The notes beneath the pieces were generated by a model, which saw only the letters and a list, made by a program, of their open reading frames with translations, was not told the origin of the DNA and made no database searches. From a virus (taxonomy: Duplodnaviria; Caudoviricetes): 27,990 nucleotides of DNA. The position numbers and the translations under genes are program-made. Positions 18,930-27,990 of this stretch are shown here, piece after piece (within the stretch, counting starts at the first letter, position 1; each line of letters opens with the position of its first letter). The stretch lies in the IMG/VR virus record IMGVR_UViG_3300030708_002328, positions 1 to 27,990 of that record; one strand, written 5' to 3'.

Positions 18930-19676
18930 TTATCCTTTTTGTTGTTGTATATCTTCAATATTTTCTTTGTCACCTACCTGGTAAACATCAGATGACTTCA
19001 TTGCTATACCTGCTAGCTCTAATATTTTAATAACTAAATTTGGTTCTTCTGATCCGTGTAACTCAAAGTTAGTTGATCCTGTTGCGTTATATAATGCGTC
19101 ATTGTTTGCATCTAAATAATAAGCCCAGTTAACTGACGCTGGTTGTTTTATGTAGTCTACTGTTATTGCTTCATTGATTGTTAACTCTTCAAAAAAAGGT
19201 GTTGTTGCTTTGCCTTTATAAACTTTTATTTTGTTACCCTCTCTTATATAGATAGGTTGCGTGTTTGTTGGTAGTAATATATTACTTGTTCTGATTAACC
19301 TCCAGTCTTTTTTTGTAACACCTTCAACTTCGTAATAACTAGCGCCAGTGCTATCAGTTGAGTGTGATAATTCTACTGTTGATAATTTGTGTAGCGCGGC
19401 TGGTAAATCATAACCACTGTTATAGTCTCCTAGGTTTGTTTCAAAAACTTCAAACAATGCTATTTTTTCTTGTAAGCTAGTTACAGTATCAGCATGTCTA
19501 GTATCATTACCTGGCCTTCTAAGATATTGATCTAAATCATAAAAGTATTGTTCAAATATTTCTAACTGTGCTTGATTTGCAAACCTGTTATACTCTATAG
19601 GTGTAAGGTAACCTCTTTGCTCTTTGTTTGCAATCGACTGAACTCTAGTGTATACGTTGTTTATATTTACTGCCAT
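18930..19676 (-). CDS. Tail ring/adaptor structural protein
   Basis: 248 aa: ANKEQRGYLTPIEYNRFANQAQLEIF, YDLPAAL, VDYIKQP and FELHGSE...LVIKILELAGI. Adaptor-like layout and conserved position after the MCP block. Confidence 0.6.
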   Translation of the reverse strand: MAVNINNVYTRVQSIANKEQRGYLTPIEYNRFANQAQLEIFEQYFYDLDQYLRRPGNDTRHADTVTSLQEKIALFEVFETNLGDYNSGYDLPAALHKLSTVELSHSTDSTGASYYEVEGVTKKDWRLIRTSNILLPTNTQPIYIREGNKIKVYKGKATTPFFEELTINEAITVDYIKQPASVNWAYYLDANNDALYNATGSTNFELHGSEEPNLVIKILELAGIAMKSSDVYQVGDKENIEDIQQQKG

Positions 19677-19688
19677 AATTTCTTTTTA

Positions 19689-19725
19689 TATAGTGTAGTC
19701 ACCTCATAGAGATGACTACTCTATA
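19689..19725 (-). promoter_or_regulatory. Intergenic stem-loop without a U-tract
   Basis: Minus strand reads GTAGTCATCTC-TAT-GAGGTGACTAC: an 11-bp stem with one G.U pair, extendable by 5 bp past a mismatch. It lies 12 nt upstream of the 248-aa start. Confidence 0.5.
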
Positions 19726-19735
19726 AAGTGATTAA

Positions 19736-20536
19736 TTAGCTTAATCTTTTTTCTAAATTGTTATAAGCTTCTAAACCTTCATCGGTTTTGAACCAAGCTG
19801 CTAAAGCTGAATATGGATGTTCATCAAATGGAACGCTCATAACTTTTCTACCTGTTTTAGCCCATGTAAATGTTCTATTGTCGCCAGATAAAGTTATTAA
19901 TCCTAATTCAACACACTTGATTCCAAAGTTTCTAAGCTGAACATTTTCATCATTTGCTAACTCAATCAGTAATTCTGGATTTTGTTTAGCAAACACTAAT
20001 ATGTCTCTTCTTAGTTCTTTAGAAGTTAAGTTAGAAACTTCACTACCTTGTTCTGTTCTTAGTATCGCTTCTGCTCTATCGATCTCCATATCTCTAGCTA
20101 GATTTAAAGCTTCTATTTCTAAGTTAAGGTAATCCATATCATCTTCAGCTTCTTTGACTAAATTTTGTTCTTGGAACAAAGTGTTTCTATCTGGATGATA
20201 TAGTGATAATAGTTTCTGTAATGTTTGTTTTTCTTTTGGTACATACAGTGCACCGTTTTCAAATACAATATGACCAAGTCTTGCTTCACCTTTGAACTCA
20301 TCTACAAATGGTGTTCTTTGGTTAATTGTATATTTTAACTCTCTCTCATATCCTTTCTCCTCATCAAAGTAAAATATACCTCTTGATCTTATAGTGTATG
20401 TTAAAGGATTTAAATTTCTAAGTAAAAAGTAGTTTCTATCCTTTATTTCCCAAGTTTTTGTTTTTTTGGGTTCTTGTTTTACAGCTTCAACTACAGGTGC
20501 TTCTGCAGCTGCCGCTTTCTTTTTTGCTTTTGCCAT
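19736..20536 (-). CDS. Conserved hypothetical protein downstream of MCP (position of crAss 'gene 75')
   Basis: 266-aa ORF with a Lys/Ala low-complexity N-terminus and a helical C-terminal domain. Assignment by synteny. Confidence 0.6.
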   Translation of the reverse strand: MAKAKKKAAAAEAPVVEAVKQEPKKTKTWEIKDRNYFLLRNLNPLTYTIRSRGIFYFDEEKGYERELKYTINQRTPFVDEFKGEARLGHIVFENGALYVPKEKQTLQKLLSLYHPDRNTLFQEQNLVKEAEDDMDYLNLEIEALNLARDMEIDRAEAILRTEQGSEVSNLTSKELRRDILVFAKQNPELLIELANDENVQLRNFGIKCVELGLITLSGDNRTFTWAKTGRKVMSVPFDEHPYSALAAWFKTDEGLEAYNNLEKRLS

Positions 20537-20557
20537 GATATAATAAAATTAAATATT

Positions 20558-20599
20558 AAAAAAATAAAAGGGCTAGGCGCCGAAGCGCCTAACTCTTTT
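20558..20599 (-). terminator. Rho-independent terminator after MCP
   Basis: Minus strand reads AAAAGAGTTAGGCGC-TTCG-GCGCCTAGCCCTTTT then ATTTTTT: a GC-rich stem with a C(UUCG)G tetraloop, G.U pairs valid only on the minus strand, and a U-tract. Confidence 0.9.
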
Positions 20600-20607
20600 A
20601 AAAAGTA

Positions 20608-22101
20608 TTAGTTAAGTAACATGAAGTTATTAGCTCCTTGTACTACTAGACATCTTTCTGATAAGAAGTTGATCTCCATAGCATCAAGATCAGATGTGAT
20701 GTTTCCACCTACTGAACCTGTTATCCATGTTTTCATTCTTCTGTCATCAGTTTGAGAAGCTCTGTATCTTACGTGTAAGAAAGGTCTTCTCATGCTTCTA
20801 CCAACTACTTCATCATATACTGTTGAAGTACCAGCTGGAATTAAAACACCTCTGACATCATTGAAAGCGTCTTGACCTCTTAATGAGATATCATTTAAGT
20901 ATCTCCAATCTGATTTGTAGAAGTCATATGATGCTCTTCTAAATCCAGAGAAACCTAAATTCAATGCCATATCCTCAGAGTTGCTGAATACACCGTAAGA
21001 TGTACCACCAGACCCGTAAGAGTTCTGAGCTGCTAACATATCATCAATTGCTAATGATACTGTTCTGTTACAATAAAGCATGTACTCTTCAATAGCACCT
21101 TGCTCGTCAAACTTTTTAAGAATCTCATCAAAAGATCCTAAATCATCTACTGCACTAGTTCCTGCAATACCAGAAGTCACGTGACCTCTATCTGTAATAG
21201 CTTTAAATAAACCTTCAGTACCGAATGATTCTCCTGCACCGTTGATTGAATTATCAGCTACTGATCCACCTACTGTACCTTTTTCTGACTCTAAAAGAGA
21301 CATTTCAAGATAATCAGCGAATCTTAGTCTAGTTTCAGCTTCTGCTTTTAGATACCATAAGTATCCTGAAGTTCCGTCTTCTGCGCTAACTTCAACCCAA
21401 CCGATTCTTGAAGTATCAGATCCAGAAATTGAATAATGATCTTTTAAGATAATTGGTTTGTTGTTAAACGTAGTAAACTGTGGCATAACTGGTTCGTTAC
21501 CAGTAGTGTTGCCCATACCGTTAGTTCCTTTACCATACTCAGAACCATAAACAAATACTCTACCACTTGATGCTAGAGTTGTTGTGTTGATACCTGAAAC
21601 GTCCGCAATATCACCTGAAGCATCACCTGTTGTGTAAGGAGCTACTGTGATTTTGTTATCTGCTGGTAAGTGAGTTACTAACCCTCTAAATACTACTGCG
21701 TTAGCTTGTCCATCAGATACTAGAACGGTTGAACCAATTCTAATACCATGTTTAGAAGCTGCAGATGCACTTGATCCTGGAGCTTGACCTAAAGTAAGGT
21801 CACCAGTGTTTGATCCTGCTGCATATGCTGTTACTTTGTACGAAAGGTGTAACCTACCTTGTTCTGTCCAAACTACTTGGTCTGAGCTCATTGCCTCTTC
21901 TGCCCCAATTGCTGCTAGAAAACCAGATATAGTTCTTTTACCATATACTTCTGCTTCTTGTTCAATTAGATCAGGTAGATACTGCTGAGACCAGTCATTA
22001 CTACCAGATGTAAAATCTAAATAGTTAGTAGTTATCGCCGCTTTAACTGGTGAAGGTACGCTATTTAACGACCCACCAGCACTTGGAGTAATTGCTGCCA
22101 T
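20608..22101 (-). CDS. Major capsid protein (HK97 fold, crAss-like)
   Basis: 497 aa after the portal and scaffold genes, followed by a strong terminator. Motifs include QQYLPDL, VVWTEQGRLH, NKPIILKD, GTEGLFKAI and FLSERCLVVQGANNF. The codon choice looks like that of a highly expressed gene. Confidence 0.85.
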   Translation of the reverse strand: MAAITPSAGGSLNSVPSPVKAAITTNYLDFTSGSNDWSQQYLPDLIEQEAEVYGKRTISGFLAAIGAEEAMSSDQVVWTEQGRLHLSYKVTAYAAGSNTGDLTLGQAPGSSASAASKHGIRIGSTVLVSDGQANAVVFRGLVTHLPADNKITVAPYTTGDASGDIADVSGINTTTLASSGRVFVYGSEYGKGTNGMGNTTGNEPVMPQFTTFNNKPIILKDHYSISGSDTSRIGWVEVSAEDGTSGYLWYLKAEAETRLRFADYLEMSLLESEKGTVGGSVADNSINGAGESFGTEGLFKAITDRGHVTSGIAGTSAVDDLGSFDEILKKFDEQGAIEEYMLYCNRTVSLAIDDMLAAQNSYGSGGTSYGVFSNSEDMALNLGFSGFRRASYDFYKSDWRYLNDISLRGQDAFNDVRGVLIPAGTSTVYDEVVGRSMRRPFLHVRYRASQTDDRRMKTWITGSVGGNITSDLDAMEINFLSERCLVVQGANNFMLLN

Positions 22102-22129
22102 AATTATTTATATTTATAATTGTTAAACT

Positions 22130-23320
22130 TTATTTTGTTTTTGGTTTAAAACGAAATGAACTCATATCGTTGTCTTGTAAAATTTTTACTTTCATGCCAC
22201 CCGCTTCAACTTCACCTAAACCTTGTCTAGGTTCCATGCTAACGTTTTTTGCTTTAGCTATACTTTCTTTTATAGCATCGGCTCGGCCTTGTTCGTAAAA
22301 ATGATTCGCAACAGCGTCTGCGTTCATAGCTGTAAACAAAGACTTGTGATATCCTTTTGCATCAGAAAGTGTATTGCTTTTATTATCAACAAATTTGTTA
22401 ACAAAATTATTAATATCACTCTGTTGCTCTTGAACACTACCTGCATCTTTAACATTAAATCTAAATCTCTTCTCACCTATGTTGTATTCAAAACCTTTAA
22501 AGTTTTTATTAAATACGTCCTTAGTTTTTTGTTGAAACGTAGACTTTTGTTGCTGTGCAATTTTGTCTTGTTCACTTCGTTCTTTATTGTATCTATTAAA
22601 GAAATCAATAGCTTTTTGTTGATCAGGTGTTAACTTAACACCACTTTTGATCTCTTCATAGTATTTAGACTTTTGCCTGTCTAACTGGGCTCTAGCGTCG
22701 GCAACTTGCTCTTTAAACGCTAATTTCTTTCGCTTGATATCTTTTGGATCATCAGTCTCTTCATCATATGTAAAGCTGTCTTCCATTAAAAAATCAACTT
22801 CATCACTTGATAAATGAGGTTTAGTTTGTCTATAGTATTCTCTTAATAATGCTGTGTCATCAAACTTACTATAGTCTTGATTTAGTTTTACATAATCCTC
22901 AAGATCACCACCAGTTTCATCCATAAACTTCATGAGCTTTTGGATATTCTCTGGTAACTCTTCTCCAGTCTTTTCTGCCTCTTCAATCGCCTCTTCAACT
23001 GCCTCTTGCACTTCTTCTACCTTTTCTTCTACCTCTTCGTCAGTTATTTCTTCTACAACTGGAGCTTCTTTTTCTTCAACAACCTCTTCTTTTTTCTCTT
23101 CTACTATCTCTTCAACAACAGGTGTTTCCTCTTGTTTTACTTCTTCCTTAGGTTGTTCTTCTTCTTTAACCTCTTCTTCTTTTGGCTCAGCAAGATTTAC
23201 CTTTATAGGTTCTTCATCTTGTTGAAACTTTTTAAGACGAGGTTTTTTTACCTTACCGTCACCCTGTGGTGACTCGGCATTTTTTTCGTCTATGTTGACG
23301 TTTTTCTCATCATTTGCCAT
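22130..23320 (-). CDS. Putative capsid scaffolding protein (position of crAss 'gene 77')
   Basis: 396 aa with a very Glu-rich disordered N-third, a helical/coiled-coil core and a basic C-terminal tip. Immediately upstream of MCP. Confidence 0.65.
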   Translation of the reverse strand: MANDEKNVNIDEKNAESPQGDGKVKKPRLKKFQQDEEPIKVNLAEPKEEEVKEEEQPKEEVKQEETPVVEEIVEEKKEEVVEEKEAPVVEEITDEEVEEKVEEVQEAVEEAIEEAEKTGEELPENIQKLMKFMDETGGDLEDYVKLNQDYSKFDDTALLREYYRQTKPHLSSDEVDFLMEDSFTYDEETDDPKDIKRKKLAFKEQVADARAQLDRQKSKYYEEIKSGVKLTPDQQKAIDFFNRYNKERSEQDKIAQQQKSTFQQKTKDVFNKNFKGFEYNIGEKRFRFNVKDAGSVQEQQSDINNFVNKFVDNKSNTLSDAKGYHKSLFTAMNADAVANHFYEQGRADAIKESIAKAKNVSMEPRQGLGEVEAGGMKVKILQDNDMSSFRFKPKTK

Positions 23321-23365
23321 AATATAATATTATAAAATTAAACATATGTACTCTCGTACAATTTC

Positions 23366-23728
23366 TTACTTACACTCGTACGCTACAACACTGCCTTCAG
23401 CTAGTGTAAATGAAGTCCATTTACCGTACAATATAGTACCTACTGGAAAAACATCAGTGTTTACAATAGCCGTACCTGCATCTGAGTCTTCAGTATTTAT
23501 ATAAATACTATTTAAAGATGGTGTATCATCAGCGTCAATAGAGCCACTGCTATCAGTATCAGTATCATACTCTTTCATCTTCTCAGATATTAACGCTGTA
23601 AACTTTACAGCTGTTATAACTTCAATAGCGCAAAAGTAATTTCCTCTACCAGGGGTTTCAGCATTTGTATCATCAACCCATCTTGATGCTAAAATGTTAC
23701 CAGTCCAATCATTAGTTACTATTGCCAT
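23366..23728 (-). CDS. Small beta-rich hypothetical protein, possibly a head decoration/spike base
   Basis: 120 aa between portal and scaffold. C-terminal FPVGTILYGKWTSFTLAEGSVVAY and an internal EF-hand-like loop. Confidence 0.6.
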   Translation of the reverse strand: MAIVTNDWTGNILASRWVDDTNAETPGRGNYFCAIEVITAVKFTALISEKMKEYDTDTDSSGSIDADDTPSLNSIYINTEDSDAGTAIVNTDVFPVGTILYGKWTSFTLAEGSVVAYECK

Positions 23729-23752
23729 TATTCTTTATTTATTTGTTAAACA

Positions 23753-26161
23753 TTAACTTGGTTCAAATCTTCCTAAACCAATATCTCCACTTATTATATC
23801 ATTACCTGAAGATTCAAAATTTTTATTTTTTGATGCAGCTGTTTTTCTCTGCTCCATACCTTGCATTACAACTCTTGTATCTTTTCTATCTTCACGGTTA
23901 GCCTCTCTATTACTTGCAGCATTTGCTTCAGCTTGTTTTAATTGTAAGTTATATTGAAACTCTTGTTCCATAAGCTGTTTTTTAAGTTCAGCTTCAAGTT
24001 GTAACTTATTGGCGTCAAGCTCCGCTTGCTGTGCATTGTTTTGTAGTTCTAATGCTTGTATAGCTTGTTGTTTCTGTACTTCAGCTTGAGCTGCAACTTG
24101 TTGCGCTTGAGCATTAGCTTGAGCTTGTTGTTGTATGTTTTGTTGAGCTATGGCTTGATCTCTTTCTATTTTCTTTTTACGTCTTAACTTTAACAACTGG
24201 TTTGCAAGCTTTACGTTTTTAACTTCTCTAATGTCAATTGCATCTTCAAGTTCTATGCTATTAGCTTGTAAAGCCATTTGTATGTTATTTTCTAACAATT
24301 GTTTTTCTTCTTCATCTGGTTGTAGTTGTAAGAATATACCAAAGTCATACAGGTGTAAGTCGGTTAACTCTGCTAACGTTGCAACGTTGTGCGCTCCAAT
24401 AGCTTGTATAAATGCATCTCTTGTTGGTGAATATTCAATAACATCAGATATTCTTAATGATAAGTTTTCTGCTAACTCAGCTGTTAAGAATAAACCACCC
24501 TGCAATATGTGTCTTGTTGCTACGTTTGAATTAGCCGCTGCTAGTTTTTGTATACCAACTAACGCATTTTTATCTGGCGTGCTAGCATCTCTTGCTTCAT
24601 TTAATCCAGTTACATCTCTTATCATTTGTAGATAATAGTTGTATGTACTAATTAAACTCTGTAGCTTTTGACTACCGCTACCGCTTTGTATTTCTTGTAT
24701 AGGTACTTTACCTGGATTAGGATCACCTTCTTGTGTTAGTGATCTACCAATAATACTACCAGTTTGGAAGAACATATTTAATGCTTCTTGTGGATTATAG
24801 TTTGTACCGTTACCCAAATCAACTTCAGCTAAACCATCAGCATCTAAGTAAACACCATCTGGAACCATACGTGACATAACCTGTTGTAATTTTAAATGCG
24901 TCAACTGTATCATATCAGCAAAACCAGTTACTCTTCTTACTAAAGATTCTATTCTACCTTTATATATTCTTGGCGCGTGTATAGCGTAATTCATTTTAAC
25001 TTTAGTGTAGTCACTCTTAGGCCTTAGCATGTTTTCACATAGTTGCCATTTTAATAATTTTTTTGTACCTAACACTAAAGCTCCTTCGTATAAAACCTCT
25101 AGTGAGTTTGATAATTTTTCAAAAGGTACTTCACCTACAGCTTCAAACGTATCATCTTTTTGTATTGCTTTTGCTGCTCCAGTACCTGTTTGTTTCAACT
25201 TATAAACCTCGTTGTTATATGTTTTATAATTAAAGTATAATACTTGAGCTATATTATTATCAACATTGTTATCATTATATGATGAGCTATATCTATTAGC
25301 AGCATACGCGTTTTGATGTGGTTGATCTTCTATTTCTAGCAAATCCTCGTTTGTTAATTGTGGAAACTGTTTTTTAAGTTCATTTATAGGTATGTTTTTC
25401 ACTTCGCCACAATAATATATATCATCAAAGTACGGTGACTCGGTATAAGAATATACTAAATTTGCTGGATCTACATAATCAACAGTTATACCTGACGATG
25501 TATCAAAGTTATTTTTAACAGCTGCTATACCAAGAACAGCTATATCATAGTATAATCTTTTTAAAGTCTGATCATATTTATTACCTTCAAATAAAACATT
25601 TAATGCTTGTTCTTCTGCTACTTCTATTGATTGCTTGTAGCTTAGTTGCATGTGTAGTTCTAGTTCTTCTTGTGAGCCAGGTAATTCTTCTTTGTTGTTT
25701 TCATATAAGTTTATACCAAACTGGTTTATTGCCTCGTCTTGAAACTCAGCTGTTTGCATATCTCTTATAATAGATTCCATATATTCTGTTCTTTGGCTAA
25801 CGCCATATGGATCTTGTGAATATGCTTTTATATCATAAGCTCTTTCTGCTATACCATTTACAACAATATCTACAAACTTGGGAATTATAGGGACTGGTGT
25901 CCAGTCTAAATTTAGATATGACAAGTCACCATTAATAGATAACTCATCTTTATATTTTTGAACTGATTGTTCGCCTCTTGCGTATAATCTTAATTTATGA
26001 AAATCTTGTTGGTTTAAACTAAATCTATTAGAGTTAAAGTCTTTACCAAACCATTCAGCTTCAATTGCTTGAGCTACTTTTAATCCATACTCGTAGCTGT
26101 TTTTTTCTTGGTCACTAACTACTTGACTTGGAAAATAATTTTGTGCACTTTTTGTGTTCAT
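23753..26161 (-). CDS. Portal protein
   Basis: 802 aa directly after the terminase. Motifs PIIPKFVDIVVNG and IRDVTGLNEARD, with a long Gln-rich C-terminal coiled-coil barrel as in P22/crAss-type portals. Confidence 0.85.
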   Translation of the reverse strand: MNTKSAQNYFPSQVVSDQEKNSYEYGLKVAQAIEAEWFGKDFNSNRFSLNQQDFHKLRLYARGEQSVQKYKDELSINGDLSYLNLDWTPVPIIPKFVDIVVNGIAERAYDIKAYSQDPYGVSQRTEYMESIIRDMQTAEFQDEAINQFGINLYENNKEELPGSQEELELHMQLSYKQSIEVAEEQALNVLFEGNKYDQTLKRLYYDIAVLGIAAVKNNFDTSSGITVDYVDPANLVYSYTESPYFDDIYYCGEVKNIPINELKKQFPQLTNEDLLEIEDQPHQNAYAANRYSSSYNDNNVDNNIAQVLYFNYKTYNNEVYKLKQTGTGAAKAIQKDDTFEAVGEVPFEKLSNSLEVLYEGALVLGTKKLLKWQLCENMLRPKSDYTKVKMNYAIHAPRIYKGRIESLVRRVTGFADMIQLTHLKLQQVMSRMVPDGVYLDADGLAEVDLGNGTNYNPQEALNMFFQTGSIIGRSLTQEGDPNPGKVPIQEIQSGSGSQKLQSLISTYNYYLQMIRDVTGLNEARDASTPDKNALVGIQKLAAANSNVATRHILQGGLFLTAELAENLSLRISDVIEYSPTRDAFIQAIGAHNVATLAELTDLHLYDFGIFLQLQPDEEEKQLLENNIQMALQANSIELEDAIDIREVKNVKLANQLLKLRRKKKIERDQAIAQQNIQQQAQANAQAQQVAAQAEVQKQQAIQALELQNNAQQAELDANKLQLEAELKKQLMEQEFQYNLQLKQAEANAASNREANREDRKDTRVVMQGMEQRKTAASKNKNFESSGNDIISGDIGLGRFEPS

Positions 26162-26164
26162 GTT

Positions 26165-27990
26165 TTATTTTATTATTTGTGAAGTAAATCCTTCGTTATT
26201 GTATCTTGCAAAACTTAAATCCACTTTCGCTCTTTCAATTTTTTTATTCGGTTGATACAGGTGTCTATTACAAGCCATAATCGCAAGACCGCTGCTAATA
26301 GTAGCATCAAACTTAGTACGCCTAGTAATATCAAATTTCGACCAATCATTTAGTGTTCTGTTAAAATACATATTGCCACAACCTCCGTCCGCTTTTAAAC
26401 CCACATGTTCTTGTATGTAAGTTTCAATTGCTGCCGCGTGAGCTTGCTTTATGTCTTCACTAGAGTTTGGTATACCACCTATTTCCTTTTCACTTTGTGA
26501 TAATTTATTCCAAACTTTGTCTGGCCTGTTCATTGAATAACCCCTATAACCTCGTCTTCTTAAATGATATAGCAAACGTGGTTTGTTATTCTCTGCAAGT
26601 AAAGGCATTCCGTAAAATACTAATGCCATCAAAACGTCTTCAAAAAATATCTCCGCTGTTGCTGGTCTAGCTACGTATTCTAAAAAGAACTGACTAGGTG
26701 GCGCATCTTCCATACTAAACTTTGTTAACCCATGTAAAGCGCCATTAGAACCTTGCCCATCTACAGTACCTGATATATCGTAACTATCACAACCAAATGC
26801 ACCCATGTGTTCATTGCCTGGATATTTAATACCATTTCTATCAATTATTCTATTTTGTAGGTGAGTTGGTGGTACCCAACTAATTCTAAACCTACCTTTT
26901 GGATCAGGATAAAATTGTACTTTTGAATCTTTAACCCCATTAATCCATTGAAAGTTACCAATAGATATACCTTGATTTGTTTCTTCGTTATAATCTATTT
27001 GCTCGTATATTTTTACTAAATTAAATATACTGTTTTTAGTTTCATCTCTAAACGCGTGCTCTTCAGTTCTTGGAAACTGTCTATAAAATTCATTTAACGC
27101 GTCTTGGTCGTTCTTCAAACCATCAGCTTCATTTTGCCAATGATCTATAACGCCAGTATCAATAAGGTCATTGTATGGACCGTAGACCTCGTTATCTGGT
27201 GTATCAAACACAGGTAAGCCATACTCATCCATAAAGCCTTCATAGTTCCACTCCATTGGTATAAAAAATGAATATAGTCCTGAAGCTGTCTGGCCATTTT
27301 TATTTCTTTTAGTTACGTCAGAGTTATAATATAATTTCTTAAAATTATCACCACCTTTGTCTAACGCGTTACACGTTGAACCCATCATACACTTGCCAAT
27401 AATTCTACTACCTAATCGTAATGTAGTTTTTGTTACTCTCCAGTTATTTAATATATTATCTGGTCTTTCCCACTTGCCACTTTCATCGTGTACTAGTAGT
27501 TTTAGTTTTTCCCCGTCATACGAATTATCACCGGTATTTTTCCAGTCGATAGTTGTATCAAGCCCCGTGAGTTCTTCAGGTTGATCTTCGGAACTTGCGG
27601 TGAGTTTTCTTCTAGTAAGCTTTGAAGCAGGTACTCTATAAGCCAACTCTGTTTTGGGTCTGTCCATCCCGTCTTGGATCGGTTTAAAGAAGAAAGGATA
27701 GTTGACCGAAATCGGGACAATTTTATCCGTGAACATTTTCTTCGCATCGGCACCAGATTTGGACAATACCCCGAAACGTGCATCGGAAGATATTGTGGCA
27801 AGGTTGACTGTTTCGCCCGATGCCATAAAAGAAAAGCCTGAGCGTCTGTTTTTGAGATAGCACATACCATAACTTCTGGCATCCGCTTTACATGCCTCCC
27901 AAAAAATAAAGAATAATCTATTGGCTTCTCTAAAATCTGGGTTTCCGACGTCAATCTTTGACCATTGGAGGTACATGTAATGAGTACCAG
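26165..27990 (-). CDS. terL: Terminase large subunit (5' end outside the window)
   Basis: Walker A variant KNRRSGFS, Walker B LLVHDESGK, motif III-like MGST, and RNase H-like nuclease acidic motifs GAFGCDSYD and KFDATISSG. The frame stays open upstream of the track start (...GTHYMYLQW) to the window edge. Confidence 0.9.
   Translation of the reverse strand, partial: GTHYMYLQWSKIDVGNPDFREANRLFFIFWEACKADARSYGMCYLKNRRSGFSFMASGETVNLATISSDARFGVLSKSGADAKKMFTDKIVPISVNYPFFFKPIQDGMDRPKTELAYRVPASKLTRRKLTASSEDQPEELTGLDTTIDWKNTGDNSYDGEKLKLLVHDESGKWERPDNILNNWRVTKTTLRLGSRIIGKCMMGSTCNALDKGGDNFKKLYYNSDVTKRNKNGQTASGLYSFFIPMEWNYEGFMDEYGLPVFDTPDNEVYGPYNDLIDTGVIDHWQNEADGLKNDQDALNEFYRQFPRTEEHAFRDETKNSIFNLVKIYEQIDYNEETNQGISIGNFQWINGVKDSKVQFYPDPKGRFRISWVPPTHLQNRIIDRNGIKYPGNEHMGAFGCDSYDISGTVDGQGSNGALHGLTKFSMEDAPPSQFFLEYVARPATAEIFFEDVLMALVFYGMPLLAENNKPRLLYHLRRRGYRGYSMNRPDKVWNKLSQSEKEIGGIPNSSEDIKQAHAAAIETYIQEHVGLKADGGCGNMYFNRTLNDWSKFDITRRTKFDATISSGLAIMACNRHLYQPNKKIERAKVDLSFARYNNEGFTSQIIK

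Noticed and set aside
22960-23230. Repetitive TCTTC/CTTC-rich DNA
   Set aside because: It simply encodes the Glu-rich scaffold N-terminus. There is no fixed-length repeat-spacer structure, so it is not a CRISPR array or tandem repeat.
23342-23360. Small palindromes ACATATGT and TGTAC-TCTC-GTACA upstream of the scaffold gene
   Set aside because: Stems of 4-5 bp are too weak to distinguish from chance.
1156-27584. Numerous plus-strand ORFs of 60-141 aa
   Set aside because: All are antisense shadows of long minus-strand genes, with Ser/Leu/Phe-rich composition and no independent start context.
27974-27976. ATG at 27976 as the terminase start
   Set aside because: The frame is open to the window edge and the Met lies within the GTHYMYLQW segment, so the true start is probably upstream.
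201-27990. Stop-codon reassignment as seen in some crAss-like phages
   Set aside because: Genes are full length and tightly packed under the standard code, and the stops I checked are TAA. There is no evidence of read-through.

Overview
The window is the virion morphogenesis module of an AT-rich tailed dsDNA phage with a crAss-like/Flavobacteria-podovirus gene order. All credible genes lie on the minus strand. In transcription order they are: terminase large subunit (cut by the window edge), portal, a small 120-aa protein, an acidic scaffold-like protein, major capsid protein followed by a UUCG terminator, a conserved 266-aa protein, two ring/tail-tube proteins, a 2065-aa muzzle/tail-stabilisation protein, a 165-aa protein, three probable ejected internal proteins (202, 523 and 2879 aa), and a partial membrane protein. 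Start codons lack Shine-Dalgarno sites and have A/T-rich leaders, which suggests a Bacteroidota host. The main observation is the 2879-aa protein, which sits where crAss-like phages encode a virion RNA polymerase. I see no RNAP catalytic motif in it. It looks instead like a polyvalent polyprotein: a HEXXH zincin protease, a sigma-70-like region 2 plus HTH, an HNH-like motif and a complete HAD phosphatase, with a K-x-S-[VL] motif following each module. This suggests a self-processing injected host-takeover cassette. All assignments come from motif reading and synteny by eye; no database searches were run.
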